64,000 bases of DNA from the NCBI GenBank assembly GCA_009776305.1, contig WRLY01000003.1, forward strand, positions 72,068-136,067, given 5' to 3'. How positions within the stretch are numbered: position 1 is the stretch's first letter; each line of letters starts with the position of its first letter. The stretch is from Oscillospiraceae bacterium. GTDB taxonomy: Bacteria; Bacillota; Clostridia; Oscillospirales; Ruminococcaceae. The notes beneath the pieces were generated by a model. That model worked only from the letters and a program-made list of their open reading frames with translations. It was not told the DNA's origin and did not search any database. The translations under genes were made by a program, and so were the position numbers. Shown here in pieces: positions 19,556 to 29,448 of the stretch.

Positions 19556-20563
19556 TCACAGTTCCATTACAACCGAGCCGTAGGTCAGACCCGCGCCGAA
19601 TCCCACAAGACAGAGCTTCATACCTGCTTTAAGTTTACCCGACCTGTTGAGGTCGTCAAGACAGACCGGCATACAGGCGCTGGAGGTGTTTCCGTGGGTT
19701 TCAATATTAGTATGGACTTTTTCCGAGGATATTCCGAGGGTTTTTACAGCGGTTTGAATAATCCTGACATTCGCCTGATGCGGAATCAAAAGGTCGATTT
19801 CATCTAAAGAAAAACCCGACTTCTCACATGCCGCCTTTGCCGCTTCGGGCATAGCATCCACAGCGAATTTATAAACATCGGTTCCGCTCATCTGCACTCT
19901 TTTGCCGTAATCGGGGAGGGTATGCTCTGAATCTATAAACGGCGAGTTTAAATCGTATTCGGTTTTTGAGTACAAAACAGGATTTTCTACACCGACGCCT
20001 TTAGCTTTCATACAGGCGGCAAAAGTTTTGTCCGCACGTTCAAGAATAACCGCGCCCGCCTCATCACCGAAAAGTACACAGGAAGTCCTATCTTCAAAAT
20101 CAAGCTGATTGGTGAGACATTCACTGGCTATAAGCATAACCCTGTCGTATCCGCCGTATAACAAGTTTCTCGCTAAATCAAGCCCCATAACAAAACCGGT
20201 ACAGGCGGCGTTTATGTCAAGGCAGGCGGCGTTTACAGCGCCGATTTCGTGCTGCACTATGCAGGCAGTTGTGGGAAAGAAAAAGTCCGGCGTACAGGTG
20301 GAAACCAGGATATAATCAATCTCAGCGGCGCAGAGCTTGGCGTTTTCAAGGGCGCGTTTTGCCGCTTCAACCGCCATAATATGATTGGGGCGACCCTCGT
20401 TGTAATGCCTGCTTTTGATTCCGGTGCGGGTATATATCCATTCATCGCTGGTATCTAAAAATTTAGTCAAGTCATCGTTGGTAATTTTTAAAGGCGGAGA
20501 GTAACTCCCCGTTCCTAAAATCTTAACGCCGCGATTGTTTTCCAAAATATTTTCTGAATTCAT
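19556..20563 (-). CDS. fabH: Beta-ketoacyl-ACP synthase III
   Basis: Catalytic triad motifs AACTGF, PHQAN and GNTSSA; GFGAGLT. Confidence 0.96.
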   Translation of the reverse strand: MNSENILENNRGVKILGTGSYSPPLKITNDDLTKFLDTSDEWIYTRTGIKSRHYNEGRPNHIMAVEAAKRALENAKLCAAEIDYILVSTCTPDFFFPTTACIVQHEIGAVNAACLDINAACTGFVMGLDLARNLLYGGYDRVMLIASECLTNQLDFEDRTSCVLFGDEAGAVILERADKTFAACMKAKGVGVENPVLYSKTEYDLNSPFIDSEHTLPDYGKRVQMSGTDVYKFAVDAMPEAAKAACEKSGFSLDEIDLLIPHQANVRIIQTAVKTLGISSEKVHTNIETHGNTSSACMPVCLDDLNRSGKLKAGMKLCLVGFGAGLTYGSVVMEL

Positions 20564-20797
20564 TTATTTCTCCTTGATTTTACCAAAAGAATCGTTTATA
20601 ATTAAATTTAAACCGCCGCGTAATTCTCGAATCTCGCCTTTTTCCATTTTTTTCTAAATTTAAGTGTTATTATTATTTTAACTGTATTATTTAAGTTTGT
20701 CAATATAATTTTTAAAAATAACTATATAAAAAATAACTAAACTTTGGTAAAAATTAACTAAAATAACTGAAAACTGTCTGAAAAGGAGGCAATTATC

Positions 20798-21748
20798 ATG
20801 AAAAAAAACGCATTTTTATTTTCGGGGCAGGGCTCTCAATATGCCGGAATGGGAAAGGAGCTTGCCGAAAACTACCCCGCCGTAGGGAACATTTTCACGC
20901 TCGGCAGTGAAATCTTAGGTTTTGATTTGCTTAAAAAAATTGAAAACAACGAGCTTGACAGCACATTAACCGTTCAGCCGGCGGTTTTCGCCGTGTCGGT
21001 TTCGGCGTTGTTATGTTTTAGAGAACATGCAAGACAAGCAGGTAACTTTGCTTCCGACGGGTCGGCGTCTGTAGCAGGACATTCTCTCGGGGAATACGCC
21101 GCGCTGTTCGCTTGCGGCTCGGTTTCGCTTGAAGACGGGTTTAAACTGCTAAAAATAAGAAGCGAGGTAATGCACAAAGCGGCACAGAACGCTAAAGGCG
21201 GAATGGCGGCAGTTTTAGGTTGCGGCGCTAATTTGGTGGAAGAGGTTTGTCGTGAAATCTCGGAAAAAGGCGATTACATAACGGCAGTCAATTACAATTC
21301 ACCCGTTCAGACTGTTGTAGCCGGCGTTGAAACCGCGCTTGAAAAAGCTGAAAAACTTATGTTAGAGCGGGGGGCACGCAGATTTACCAAATTAAACGTG
21401 GCGGCGGCGTTCCATTCGGATTTGATGAAAGGCGCGGCAGAAGAATTTAAAGAGAAAATCACCGAAATAAGTTTTAAAGCGCCGGAAATCCCCTTTTATT
21501 CCAATGTTACGGGAAAAAAGCTTGAGGATTTCTCGGATATGCCGGCATACTTAGCAAAACATATATGCTCCCCCGTGAGGTTCACCGACCAGCTTTTTGC
21601 TATGCAGGCTGACGGCTTTGACGCGTTTTTAGAGCTCGGACCGGGAAAAGTCTTGTCGGGACTTGTTAAAAAGACCCTTCCTGACGCAACGGTCGGCAAC
21701 GTTGAGGACGTAAAATCATTAGAATCGGCAAAGGAAGCTCTTTTATGA
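20798..21748 (+). CDS. fabD: Malonyl-CoA:ACP transacylase
   Basis: FSGQGSQ, GHSLGEY, AAFHS, ELGPGKVL. Confidence 0.97.
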   Translation: MKKNAFLFSGQGSQYAGMGKELAENYPAVGNIFTLGSEILGFDLLKKIENNELDSTLTVQPAVFAVSVSALLCFREHARQAGNFASDGSASVAGHSLGEYAALFACGSVSLEDGFKLLKIRSEVMHKAAQNAKGGMAAVLGCGANLVEEVCREISEKGDYITAVNYNSPVQTVVAGVETALEKAEKLMLERGARRFTKLNVAAAFHSDLMKGAAEEFKEKITEISFKAPEIPFYSNVTGKKLEDFSDMPAYLAKHICSPVRFTDQLFAMQADGFDAFLELGPGKVLSGLVKKTLPDATVGNVEDVKSLESAKEALL

Positions 21749-22527
21749 AAAAAACAAAAGACTATGGTTTAATCGGCTATCCGCTCGGACATTCGCTGTC
21801 GCCGTTTATTCACGAAGAAATATTTAAAAAAAACGGGCTGCGCCATCATTACTCTTTATATGAGATTCCGCCGGAGGAACTTGAGAGCAAGCAGCATCTG
21901 CTGTCCTCCCTTGACGGCTTTAACGTTACAATCCCGTTAAAGGAGCTGATTATCCCTCTTTGCGAAAAACTTGATAAAAGCGCCGAATTCGGCGCGGTCA
22001 ACTGCGTAAAGGATAAGACCGGCTACAATACCGATATTTTTGGATTTGAAAAATCAATAAAAGCTTTAGGAGCTAACTTAAAATCCCGTGTTTGCCTGCT
22101 CGGCTACGGCGGAGCAGGCAAAATGGTCGCACACGCTGTCCAAAAAGCTGGCGGAAGACTTACAATCGCGGAAAAGGACTCCAAAAAGCTGAAAACCTGC
22201 CAAGCTAAGGCGAATTTGGTTAAGACAGGCGACCTAAAGGGCGACTTTGACCTTTTGATTAACTCCACGCCTGTGGGAATGTATCCGAAAATCAAGGCTG
22301 CGCCTATTGATTTTAAGCATGTAAAAGCGAATTTTGTGCTTGATTTAGTTTACAACCCCGTAGAAACAAAGCTTTTGACGCTTGCAAAGGAAAAGGGTGC
22401 TAAGACCATGAACGGTTTAGTCATGTTAGTGTGGCAGGCAATCCGTTCCCATGATATTTGGTACGGCGGCAAGCTGACGGATAAACAGGCGGAAGAAATT
22501 ATAGCGGCTCTGCAAGTGAAAGCTTAA
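21745..22527 (+). CDS. aroE: Shikimate dehydrogenase
   Basis: GYPLGHSLSP, NVTIPLK, GYNTD, DLVYNP, GLVMLVWQA. Confidence 0.93.
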   Translation: MKKTKDYGLIGYPLGHSLSPFIHEEIFKKNGLRHHYSLYEIPPEELESKQHLLSSLDGFNVTIPLKELIIPLCEKLDKSAEFGAVNCVKDKTGYNTDIFGFEKSIKALGANLKSRVCLLGYGGAGKMVAHAVQKAGGRLTIAEKDSKKLKTCQAKANLVKTGDLKGDFDLLINSTPVGMYPKIKAAPIDFKHVKANFVLDLVYNPVETKLLTLAKEKGAKTMNGLVMLVWQAIRSHDIWYGGKLTDKQAEEIIAALQVKA

Positions 22528-22587
22528 AAATCATTGCACCCGAAACGCTCGGTTAAAAATAATCAAAACAGGGACAGTAATAAATAA

Positions 22588-23097
22588 ATGAAACCTATTT
22601 ATCTTTGCGGCTTTATGGGTTGCGGCAAGTCATATACCGGACGCAAATCCGCCCGTGAAACCGGAATTCGTCACATTGACCTTGACGACTTTTTAGTCGG
22701 TCGGGAGAAAATGGAAATTTCCGAAATTTTCAAAAAATATGGCGAGAAACATTTCAGAAACCTTGAATTTGAGGCGCTCTGTGAAATAAGCTCCGAAGTT
22801 TCCGAATTTCACCCCGCTATAATTTCACTCGGCGGCGGGGCTTTGACAAATCCCGAAACCGCCGCTTTCGCTAAAAAAAATGCAGTGGTTATATTTATTG
22901 ACACGCCGTTTGATACTTGTTACGAGCGGGTGAAAAATGATGTTTCGCGCCCTAACGCCGCAGGAAAAAGCAAAGAGGAGCTTTTCGCGCTTTATAAAAG
23001 CCGCGAAGAGCATTACAAAAAAGCCGCCGATTACATTAAAACCGGCGGCGACAAAGAAATAGTTAGTTTAATCAAACAATTATCCGGAGGTGAATAA
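22588..23097 (+). CDS. aroK: Shikimate kinase
   Basis: GFMGCGKS, DLDD, GEKHFR, SLGGG. Confidence 0.93.
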   Translation: MKPIYLCGFMGCGKSYTGRKSARETGIRHIDLDDFLVGREKMEISEIFKKYGEKHFRNLEFEALCEISSEVSEFHPAIISLGGGALTNPETAAFAKKNAVVIFIDTPFDTCYERVKNDVSRPNAAGKSKEELFALYKSREEHYKKAADYIKTGGDKEIVSLIKQLSGGE

Positions 23098-23099
23098 TT

Positions 23100-24302
23100 A
23101 TGATTATATACAATGCGAAAATCAAAACTATGGTGGCGGGCGTAGATGTGGAAAACGGCTACGTTGAATTTCAAGATGGGAAAATCACTGCCCTTGGTAT
23201 AAAACCCGCTTCCGCCTCGATTATTTCAAAAAGCGACATTAACGCTAAAGGAATGACCCTCTGTCCCGGTTTTATTGACGCACATTGTCATTTGGGGGCT
23301 TTCGAGAACGGATTGGGCTTTGAGGGTACCGACGCTAATGAAATCACCGACCCTTCTACCCCGCATTTAAGGGCGATTGACATGATTAATCCACGGGACT
23401 TTTCTTTTACCGAAGCGGCAAGGGCGGGAGTAACCTGCGTTGTTACGGGCGTGGGCAGCGCAAACCCTGTGGGCGGCGAGTTGCTTGCTTTGAAAACCGT
23501 TAAGGTTTCGGATAAGTTGAGCGATTCAAGGGTTGACAACCTTGTAATAAAATCACCCCTTGCCATAAAAATGTCTCTCGGGGAAAACCCGAAAGCCTGT
23601 TATCACGAACGGGACGAAACCCCTACTACCCGAATGGCAACCGCCGCCGTCATCAGGGAGCAGCTTTATAAAGCTAAACGCTACATGGAGCTTATAGACA
23701 AATATGAGGAATCTAAAAATAATCCCGACAGTGAAACGGGAGATTTGCCGGAATATGATATTAAAAACGAGGCTTTGCTTCCGCTTTTGCGGGGCGAAAT
23801 AAAGGCGCATATCCACTGCCACCGCGCCGATGACATTTTTACCGCTATAAGATTAGCCAAGGAATTCGGTTTCGGGTACGTTTTGGTTCACGCGACCGAG
23901 GGCGGAATCATCGCCGAGGAATTAAAAAAAGAAAACGCAGCTTGTATCACCGGACCTATTATATGTGAACGTAGCAAGCCCGAGCTTGTAAATTTACGAC
24001 TTGATAACGCCGCAAGACTTAATGCGGCTGGGGTTAATGTCGCGATTTGCACCGACCACCCTGTTACGCCCATACAATATTTACCGCTTTCGGCGGGACT
24101 GGCAATTAAGGGCGGTCTTACGGAAGATGAGGCGTTAAGGGCTATTACCATAAACGCGGCAAAAATTTGCGGAATAGATAACCGTGTAGGAAGCATTGAA
24201 GTCGGCAAAGACGCAGATTTTGTACTGTTCGACGGAAAGTTTTATGATTTTTTGAAAGACCCCGCAATGGTTATAATTGACGGTAATATTGTGTTTAAGT
24301 AG
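23100..24302 (+). CDS. Amidohydrolase family protein
   Basis: PGFIDAHCH, KMSLGENPK, HCHRADDI, TDHP, GSIEVGKDAD. Confidence 0.92.
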   Translation: MIIYNAKIKTMVAGVDVENGYVEFQDGKITALGIKPASASIISKSDINAKGMTLCPGFIDAHCHLGAFENGLGFEGTDANEITDPSTPHLRAIDMINPRDFSFTEAARAGVTCVVTGVGSANPVGGELLALKTVKVSDKLSDSRVDNLVIKSPLAIKMSLGENPKACYHERDETPTTRMATAAVIREQLYKAKRYMELIDKYEESKNNPDSETGDLPEYDIKNEALLPLLRGEIKAHIHCHRADDIFTAIRLAKEFGFGYVLVHATEGGIIAEELKKENAACITGPIICERSKPELVNLRLDNAARLNAAGVNVAICTDHPVTPIQYLPLSAGLAIKGGLTEDEALRAITINAAKICGIDNRVGSIEVGKDADFVLFDGKFYDFLKDPAMVIIDGNIVFK

Positions 24303-24450
24303 AAATACAACCTGGGGGAATCATCGAGATAATTTCAGTAAATACGGGCGGAGTAATGCCGCCCGTTCTGTTTTTTTATATAATCTTATAAACAAAGTTT
24401 TAATATGTCGGCGAAATTAATGCCCACCCACATTTATTTTTTTAATTTTT

Positions 24451-24480
24451 TGCAACCTCTTTAAATGCCGCGTAGTGTTA
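24451..24480 (+). promoter_or_regulatory. Putative ECF-sigma promoter (autoregulatory)
   Basis: TGCAACCT-N11-GCGT-A-GTGTTA upstream of an ECF sigma; the same motif occurs at 43700-43729. Confidence 0.6.
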
Positions 24481-24595
24481 ATAATATAAAGTATTTTAAA
24501 CGACAATACCGCTTTTAAGCGGTAAATATTGCCGCCGGCGTACTCAAAGCACTGCTAAGTATAAGGTTCTGCCGGTAAGAAAGGAAAAGAACATA

Positions 24596-25135
24596 ATGGA
24601 ATTGTCCTTGTGCACGAAGGATAGTCTTGAAGAAGTTTTGCGCGCCTATTCCGATATGGTATACCGGTTAGCTTTTTCACGCGCACGAAACTCGTTTGAC
24701 GCAAACGACATAATGCAAGACGTTTTCCTTAAATACATACGGGCGGATAAAACCTATAACGATGAGGAACACAGGAAAGCCTGGCTTATCAAAACTACTG
24801 TAAATACCTCTAAAACGCTTGCGTTATCAGCCTGGAATCGCCGCCGCTCATCCGAGGAATTTAACGATGAGGGGCTTGGCGTAAACTGCTCCGCCGAAGA
24901 CGGCAATCTTAAAAATATAGAAAACAAAAGCGTGGTTCTTTCGGCGGTCATGGATTTGCCGAAGAAATACCGCACGGTCATTCATTTGTTCTACTACGAG
25001 GATATGTCTTTATCCGACCTGTCCGAGGCTACGGGACTGTCGCTTAATACCCTCAAGTCTCAGCTTCACAGAGCGCGGAACTTATTGAAAGAGAAATTTG
25101 TCAAGTTAGGAGTTGATTTTAGTGACATTTCGTGA
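24596..25135 (+). CDS. ECF RNA polymerase sigma factor
   Basis: Region 2 (DIMQDVFLK, AWLIKTTVN) and region 4 (LPKKYRTVIHLFYYEDMS...TLKSQLHRAR). Confidence 0.93.
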   Translation: MELSLCTKDSLEEVLRAYSDMVYRLAFSRARNSFDANDIMQDVFLKYIRADKTYNDEEHRKAWLIKTTVNTSKTLALSAWNRRRSSEEFNDEGLGVNCSAEDGNLKNIENKSVVLSAVMDLPKKYRTVIHLFYYEDMSLSDLSEATGLSLNTLKSQLHRARNLLKEKFVKLGVDFSDIS

Positions 25136-26315
25136 ATCATATAAAAAAGCTGTTGAACAAGTTCGCCCCGATGAAAGCTTAATTGAAAAAACCCTTGAAA
25201 AAATGAATACAGAGGTTTATAACCCTGAGTCGTTTATAAAAAGAATCCCCGTAACCCGCTTTGCTATGGCGGCGGCGGGCGTCTGTATTGTTATAGCGGC
25301 GGCGATTATAATTCCGACGGTTTTGCGCGATTCTGAATTAATTGAATTTGACGCAAGTCGTGAATACTCTACGCTTGACTTTATCGTCGGTAATGCCGAT
25401 AATTCGGCGGAGCTTGAAAACGATTTTTTTGAGGAAGATTTCTCTGTTGGAGAAAGCTATTCCGATGATATTGTAACATTTGACGACTTTACAGACGACA
25501 TCGCACCCGACGCCGAATCTCCCATATCGGCGTCAGGCATCGCTCCGCCGACGGCTTTGGAGCGGAGCGAAACGGCGGAATTTAATGAAGAAGCAGACTT
25601 CGACATGGCGGCAAGCAATGACGAAAATTACGGCGATGCTGGTGCTGATGACTGGAGCGGTTTTTTGAGCTTTAGCAGCTACAAGGACTGGCCCGACGCG
25701 GCACTTTGGGATAATATAACTGTGGAAACGCCGGTAAGGCAAACCGTCCATCTGCCGGAGAATGAAATTCCCCCACAAAGAGGCGACGACGAGCCGTGGA
25801 ATCCTCTCGAACCCACCGTTACTACACCGTCGGTAAATCTGCCCGAAATCGCGGGGTATGATATTGCTGTTGCGGAAGAATCTTTTGATGACGGTGACAG
25901 CGTTGACATCTATGCTCCCCATACACCGCAACGGGAATATACAAACTTTTCCGAGTTTGCCGAAGTATACTTAAATCAGGAGCATCGCTTATACGGAGCG
26001 CAATTCGATACCGCCGATGACATTATGGTTACAAGAAGTTGGGTAGGTTTCAAAGAAGCGGACACACGACCGTTGTTCTCCCTGTTGGCAAAATATACTT
26101 ACAGAGAAGTAAGTGTGCGTGAATCTACAACAGGCTTATATGCTGTCGGTGTTATCAGTTTATCAATAAGTACAAACGAGCATTATTTAGAGCTTTATTT
26201 TACGCCGTCAAGCGAATTGGTTATATTGGTTACGAGCGCAGGGGAAAATATTACGATGAAACTTGATAACGGCGATTATGAAAAGCTTTTGGCTTATTTA
26301 ATGTCAATTGAATAA
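25113..26315 (+). CDS. Putative anti-sigma factor (single TM, acidic extracellular region)
   Basis: Overlaps the ECF sigma stop; short cytoplasmic N-terminus, TM FAMAAAGVCIVIAAAIII, acidic linker. Confidence 0.75.
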   Translation: MILVTFRESYKKAVEQVRPDESLIEKTLEKMNTEVYNPESFIKRIPVTRFAMAAAGVCIVIAAAIIIPTVLRDSELIEFDASREYSTLDFIVGNADNSAELENDFFEEDFSVGESYSDDIVTFDDFTDDIAPDAESPISASGIAPPTALERSETAEFNEEADFDMAASNDENYGDAGADDWSGFLSFSSYKDWPDAALWDNITVETPVRQTVHLPENEIPPQRGDDEPWNPLEPTVTTPSVNLPEIAGYDIAVAEESFDDGDSVDIYAPHTPQREYTNFSEFAEVYLNQEHRLYGAQFDTADDIMVTRSWVGFKEADTRPLFSLLAKYTYREVSVRESTTGLYAVGVISLSISTNEHYLELYFTPSSELVILVTSAGENITMKLDNGDYEKLLAYLMSIE

Positions 26316-26351
26316 TAAAAACAGGCAAATTGCCCGTTTTTATTCACTTAT

Positions 26352-26816
26352 CTATTCATTTTTATATTTTTCCATATAAACAAAAGTCAGATTATCGCTT
26401 ACTTTCTCTTCCTTAAACCCGACATACCCCACCCGCTCATAAAGACTGATAGCTTCCGAATTTTTTGTCCCCGTATAAAGCTCGTATCTTTCAGACGGAT
26501 ATTCATTTTCAGCCGCCAAAAGCAACGCCTTACCTACCCCCTGTTTTTGAAATTCGGGATTTACGATTAATTTTTCGATATGAGAGATGCCATCTACGGT
26601 ATAAACCGAAACCGAGCCGATTATTTTACCGTTTAGGTTTACAGCTTTTAAAATCGTTTTCTTTTGATACTCGACTAATTTTTCATCATAAGTCTGTACT
26701 AAAGGGGGAATTGAAAAGTCGTTTATGCGTTTCGCCTCGCTTTTAAAGGCTAAATATTGAAGCTCTAAAATTTCTTTTAAATCTGATTTTTCGGCTTTGG
26801 TAATTATCATACTCAT
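26352..26816 (-). CDS. GNAT acetyltransferase
   Basis: IVNPEFQKQGVGKALL (motif A) and N..AISLYERVGY (motif B). Confidence 0.9.
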   Translation of the reverse strand: MSMIITKAEKSDLKEILELQYLAFKSEAKRINDFSIPPLVQTYDEKLVEYQKKTILKAVNLNGKIIGSVSVYTVDGISHIEKLIVNPEFQKQGVGKALLLAAENEYPSERYELYTGTKNSEAISLYERVGYVGFKEEKVSDNLTFVYMEKYKNE

Positions 26817-27613
26817 ACGGCTATCACCTTTCCCTCGCTCACAACAGGCGCAATTTCCAGGGTGTAATCCCGCCCGTTTACCGCGCCGTGACCGAAAAGC
26901 CTGCGCTCGGCTTTCTCATACGCAAGGGCGGGGGTATTGTTTTCACGGCTTAAATGCCCTAAAATAAACCTTACAGCGCCAAAGTCCACAAGCTCGGTCA
27001 AAAATTCCGCGCAGTCAATATTAGATAAGTGTCCGGTTTCCGAGGATATGCGCCTCTTTATGTAATAGGGGTAACGCGGATTGCTTTGAAGCAGTTCGGG
27101 CTGATAATTGGATTCCAAAAACACAAAATCCGCACCCCGCATGTTTTCACGAATCTCAGGTGTGACCTTGCCCGAATCGGTGCAATATGCTATTTTGCAA
27201 TCGTTCTTTTCAAGTGTGAAACCTACGCTTTCCGAGGCGTCGTGAGAGGTTCTGAAAGCTTTTATTCTGTAATCAACCGGAACATTTTGGATTTCAGAAT
27301 CCGCCGATATTTCATACAAGTTTGTGTTGCTGAAAACCTGATTGTTTTGGCTCAGATAATTAAGCGTACCTTTTGTGGCGTAAATCGGTATATCAGTATG
27401 CTTGGTTATCTGAAACAAGCCCTTAACGTGGTCGATATGCTCATGGGTAATCAGCACAGCTTTAACTGCATCAAGGCTTGTCCCGCAAAGAGCCAAAGAT
27501 TCACGCAACCTTTTAAAACTGCAACCCACATCTATCAGAACCCCGGCGTTTCGTGAACCTACAAAAACCGCGTTCCCGCCGCTGGAGCTGCAAAGGGGAA
27601 TAAATAGTGACAT
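26813..27613 (-). CDS. MBL-fold metallo-hydrolase, YycJ/WalJ-like
   Basis: SSSGGN, THEHIDH, SHDA, TDSG, LESNY, GHLSN, HLSRENN. Confidence 0.9.
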   Translation of the reverse strand: MSLFIPLCSSSGGNAVFVGSRNAGVLIDVGCSFKRLRESLALCGTSLDAVKAVLITHEHIDHVKGLFQITKHTDIPIYATKGTLNYLSQNNQVFSNTNLYEISADSEIQNVPVDYRIKAFRTSHDASESVGFTLEKNDCKIAYCTDSGKVTPEIRENMRGADFVFLESNYQPELLQSNPRYPYYIKRRISSETGHLSNIDCAEFLTELVDFGAVRFILGHLSRENNTPALAYEKAERRLFGHGAVNGRDYTLEIAPVVSEGKVIAV

Positions 27614-27623
27614 AAATTATTTC

Positions 27624-27884
27624 CTACATGAATTCATAATGTTTTCTTACGGCTTTGGAAACTTTCCAGACACACTTCATGCCTTCGGGCAGAACCACGT
27701 AATCCCCCGCACCGAAAGACGTACTGCCGCCGTCGTAGTCAACCGTTACCTGACCCTCTGTCAGATAACAATGCTCCTCACTGTCATAATACCAGTCAAA
27801 GGTTGACTCCTCACAGCCCCAAGTGGGCAATGTTGACATTCTTTGAATATCTTCGGGGGTGGCTTTTCTTACTTTGATTTCCAT
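27624..27884 (-). CDS. Cupin-domain protein (DUF861-like)
   Basis: TWGCEESTFDWYY, EHCYLTEG, GAGDYVVLPEG, W.V...VRKHY. Confidence 0.88.
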   Translation of the reverse strand: MEIKVRKATPEDIQRMSTLPTWGCEESTFDWYYDSEEHCYLTEGQVTVDYDGGSTSFGAGDYVVLPEGMKCVWKVSKAVRKHYEFM

Positions 27885-27958
27885 AACATATCCTCCTTGT
27901 TTTGTTGACTTGTATATTTAATGCTTATTAGGCGAAACTGTGTTTCGCAAACGCACTT

Positions 27959-29362
27959 TTAAGTCAACATTTCCTTTTCCAACATATTCAAATTTTTAAT
28001 TTCCTTAACTATAAATACCGCCGCCAGTAAAAACGCCGCGCCGTCCGAAATAGGTCCGGCATAAACCACACCGTCGATTCCGAAAATAAGCGGTAAAATC
28101 AACAAAAGCGGTAAAAGGAAAATTACCTGCCTTGTCAGCGACAGCAAAATCCCGACCTTGGCTTTACCGATAGAGGTGAAATACCCGGAAGTTACGGGCT
28201 GTATGCCGTTTATGCAAATCAGCATCATAAACACTCGCAAATACCGCGCCGAAAAGGCAAAGTATTCGGGGCTTCCCTCGCCGAAAATTGCCATTACCTG
28301 ATTCGGGAATAGCTGAAACACAAAGAAAATCAAGGTTGAAAAAATCGTCGCGACGACCATCGCGGTTATATAGGTCTGCTTGACGCGGGCGTATTTTTTC
28401 GCGCCGTAGTTAAAGCCGAAAATCGGTTGACACCCCTGCGACATTCCTATTACAAAGGCTAAAAATATTATATTTATCTTGCTTATCGCGCCGACACAGG
28501 CAAGCGGAATTTCACTGCCATAGACCGAGTTCGCGCCGTAATATCTGAGTGTATTGTTCATAACTATCTGCACCAGCGCCATTGAAATCTGGTTAATGCA
28601 GGCGGCGGCGCCGAGCGCCGTGATTCTCGACATATAAGACGGCAACGGCTTAAAGCAGTTTTTGTTAAACTTTATGCTTTTGAATTTGAATATAACATAA
28701 TAAAGCGCCATCAAAGCTGAAACTATTTGCCCGATAACCGTAGCGATAGCCGCGCCCGCCATGCCCATATCGAGTACATATATAAATATAGGGTCAAGTA
28801 TTATATTTAAAATCGCGCCGCTTGCAATGGCAATCATGGAAATAGTCGGCGAGCCGTCCGAGCGTATAAGCTGACACGCCCCCGATAAAAAAATCTGAAA
28901 AGGCAAGCCAATACAAATTATCTTCATATACGCCTCGGTATAGGCGTATATTTCATCTGTTACGCCGAAAAGCACAAGCAACTGATGACTGAATAAGAGT
29001 GACAGCGTCACCACGGCTATACCGACAGCCGTCATCAGCAAAATCCCGTTACCCGCAACCTTGGCGGCGGCTTCGCGGTTGCCCGAGCCGAGCCGCAGGT
29101 TGAAATTCGCCGCCGTACCCACGCCTATCAGCACCGACAATGCGGTAGAAATCGTCAGCAATGGGAATACAATGTTAGTCGCGGCGATACCAAGGACGCC
29201 AATCCCCTCATACCCGGGAATACCGCGCCCTATGAAAACCTGGTCAACTATATTATATATAGCGGCGACCAAAAACGACGCTATCGCAGGTCCTGAGTAT
29301 TTCATCATAAGTTTGCTGATTTTCTCATAACCGAGCGGGTTCTCTGTTTTTAAAGTCTGCAT
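27959..29362 (-). CDS. MATE family efflux transporter (MepA-like)
   Basis: YNIVDQVFIG, NIILDPIFI, GAAIATVIGQ, GFNYGAK; about 12 TM. Confidence 0.93.
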   Translation of the reverse strand: MQTLKTENPLGYEKISKLMMKYSGPAIASFLVAAIYNIVDQVFIGRGIPGYEGIGVLGIAATNIVFPLLTISTALSVLIGVGTAANFNLRLGSGNREAAAKVAGNGILLMTAVGIAVVTLSLLFSHQLLVLFGVTDEIYAYTEAYMKIICIGLPFQIFLSGACQLIRSDGSPTISMIAIASGAILNIILDPIFIYVLDMGMAGAAIATVIGQIVSALMALYYVIFKFKSIKFNKNCFKPLPSYMSRITALGAAACINQISMALVQIVMNNTLRYYGANSVYGSEIPLACVGAISKINIIFLAFVIGMSQGCQPIFGFNYGAKKYARVKQTYITAMVVATIFSTLIFFVFQLFPNQVMAIFGEGSPEYFAFSARYLRVFMMLICINGIQPVTSGYFTSIGKAKVGILLSLTRQVIFLLPLLLILPLIFGIDGVVYAGPISDGAAFLLAAVFIVKEIKNLNMLEKEMLT

Positions 29363-29448
29363 GTTGATTCTTCCTTTTCTGTTTTTTATTTTTCATTGAT
29401 TTTTTAATTTTGCCGATATTTTCGTTTCTTCTATGACTTTTATGGCTT

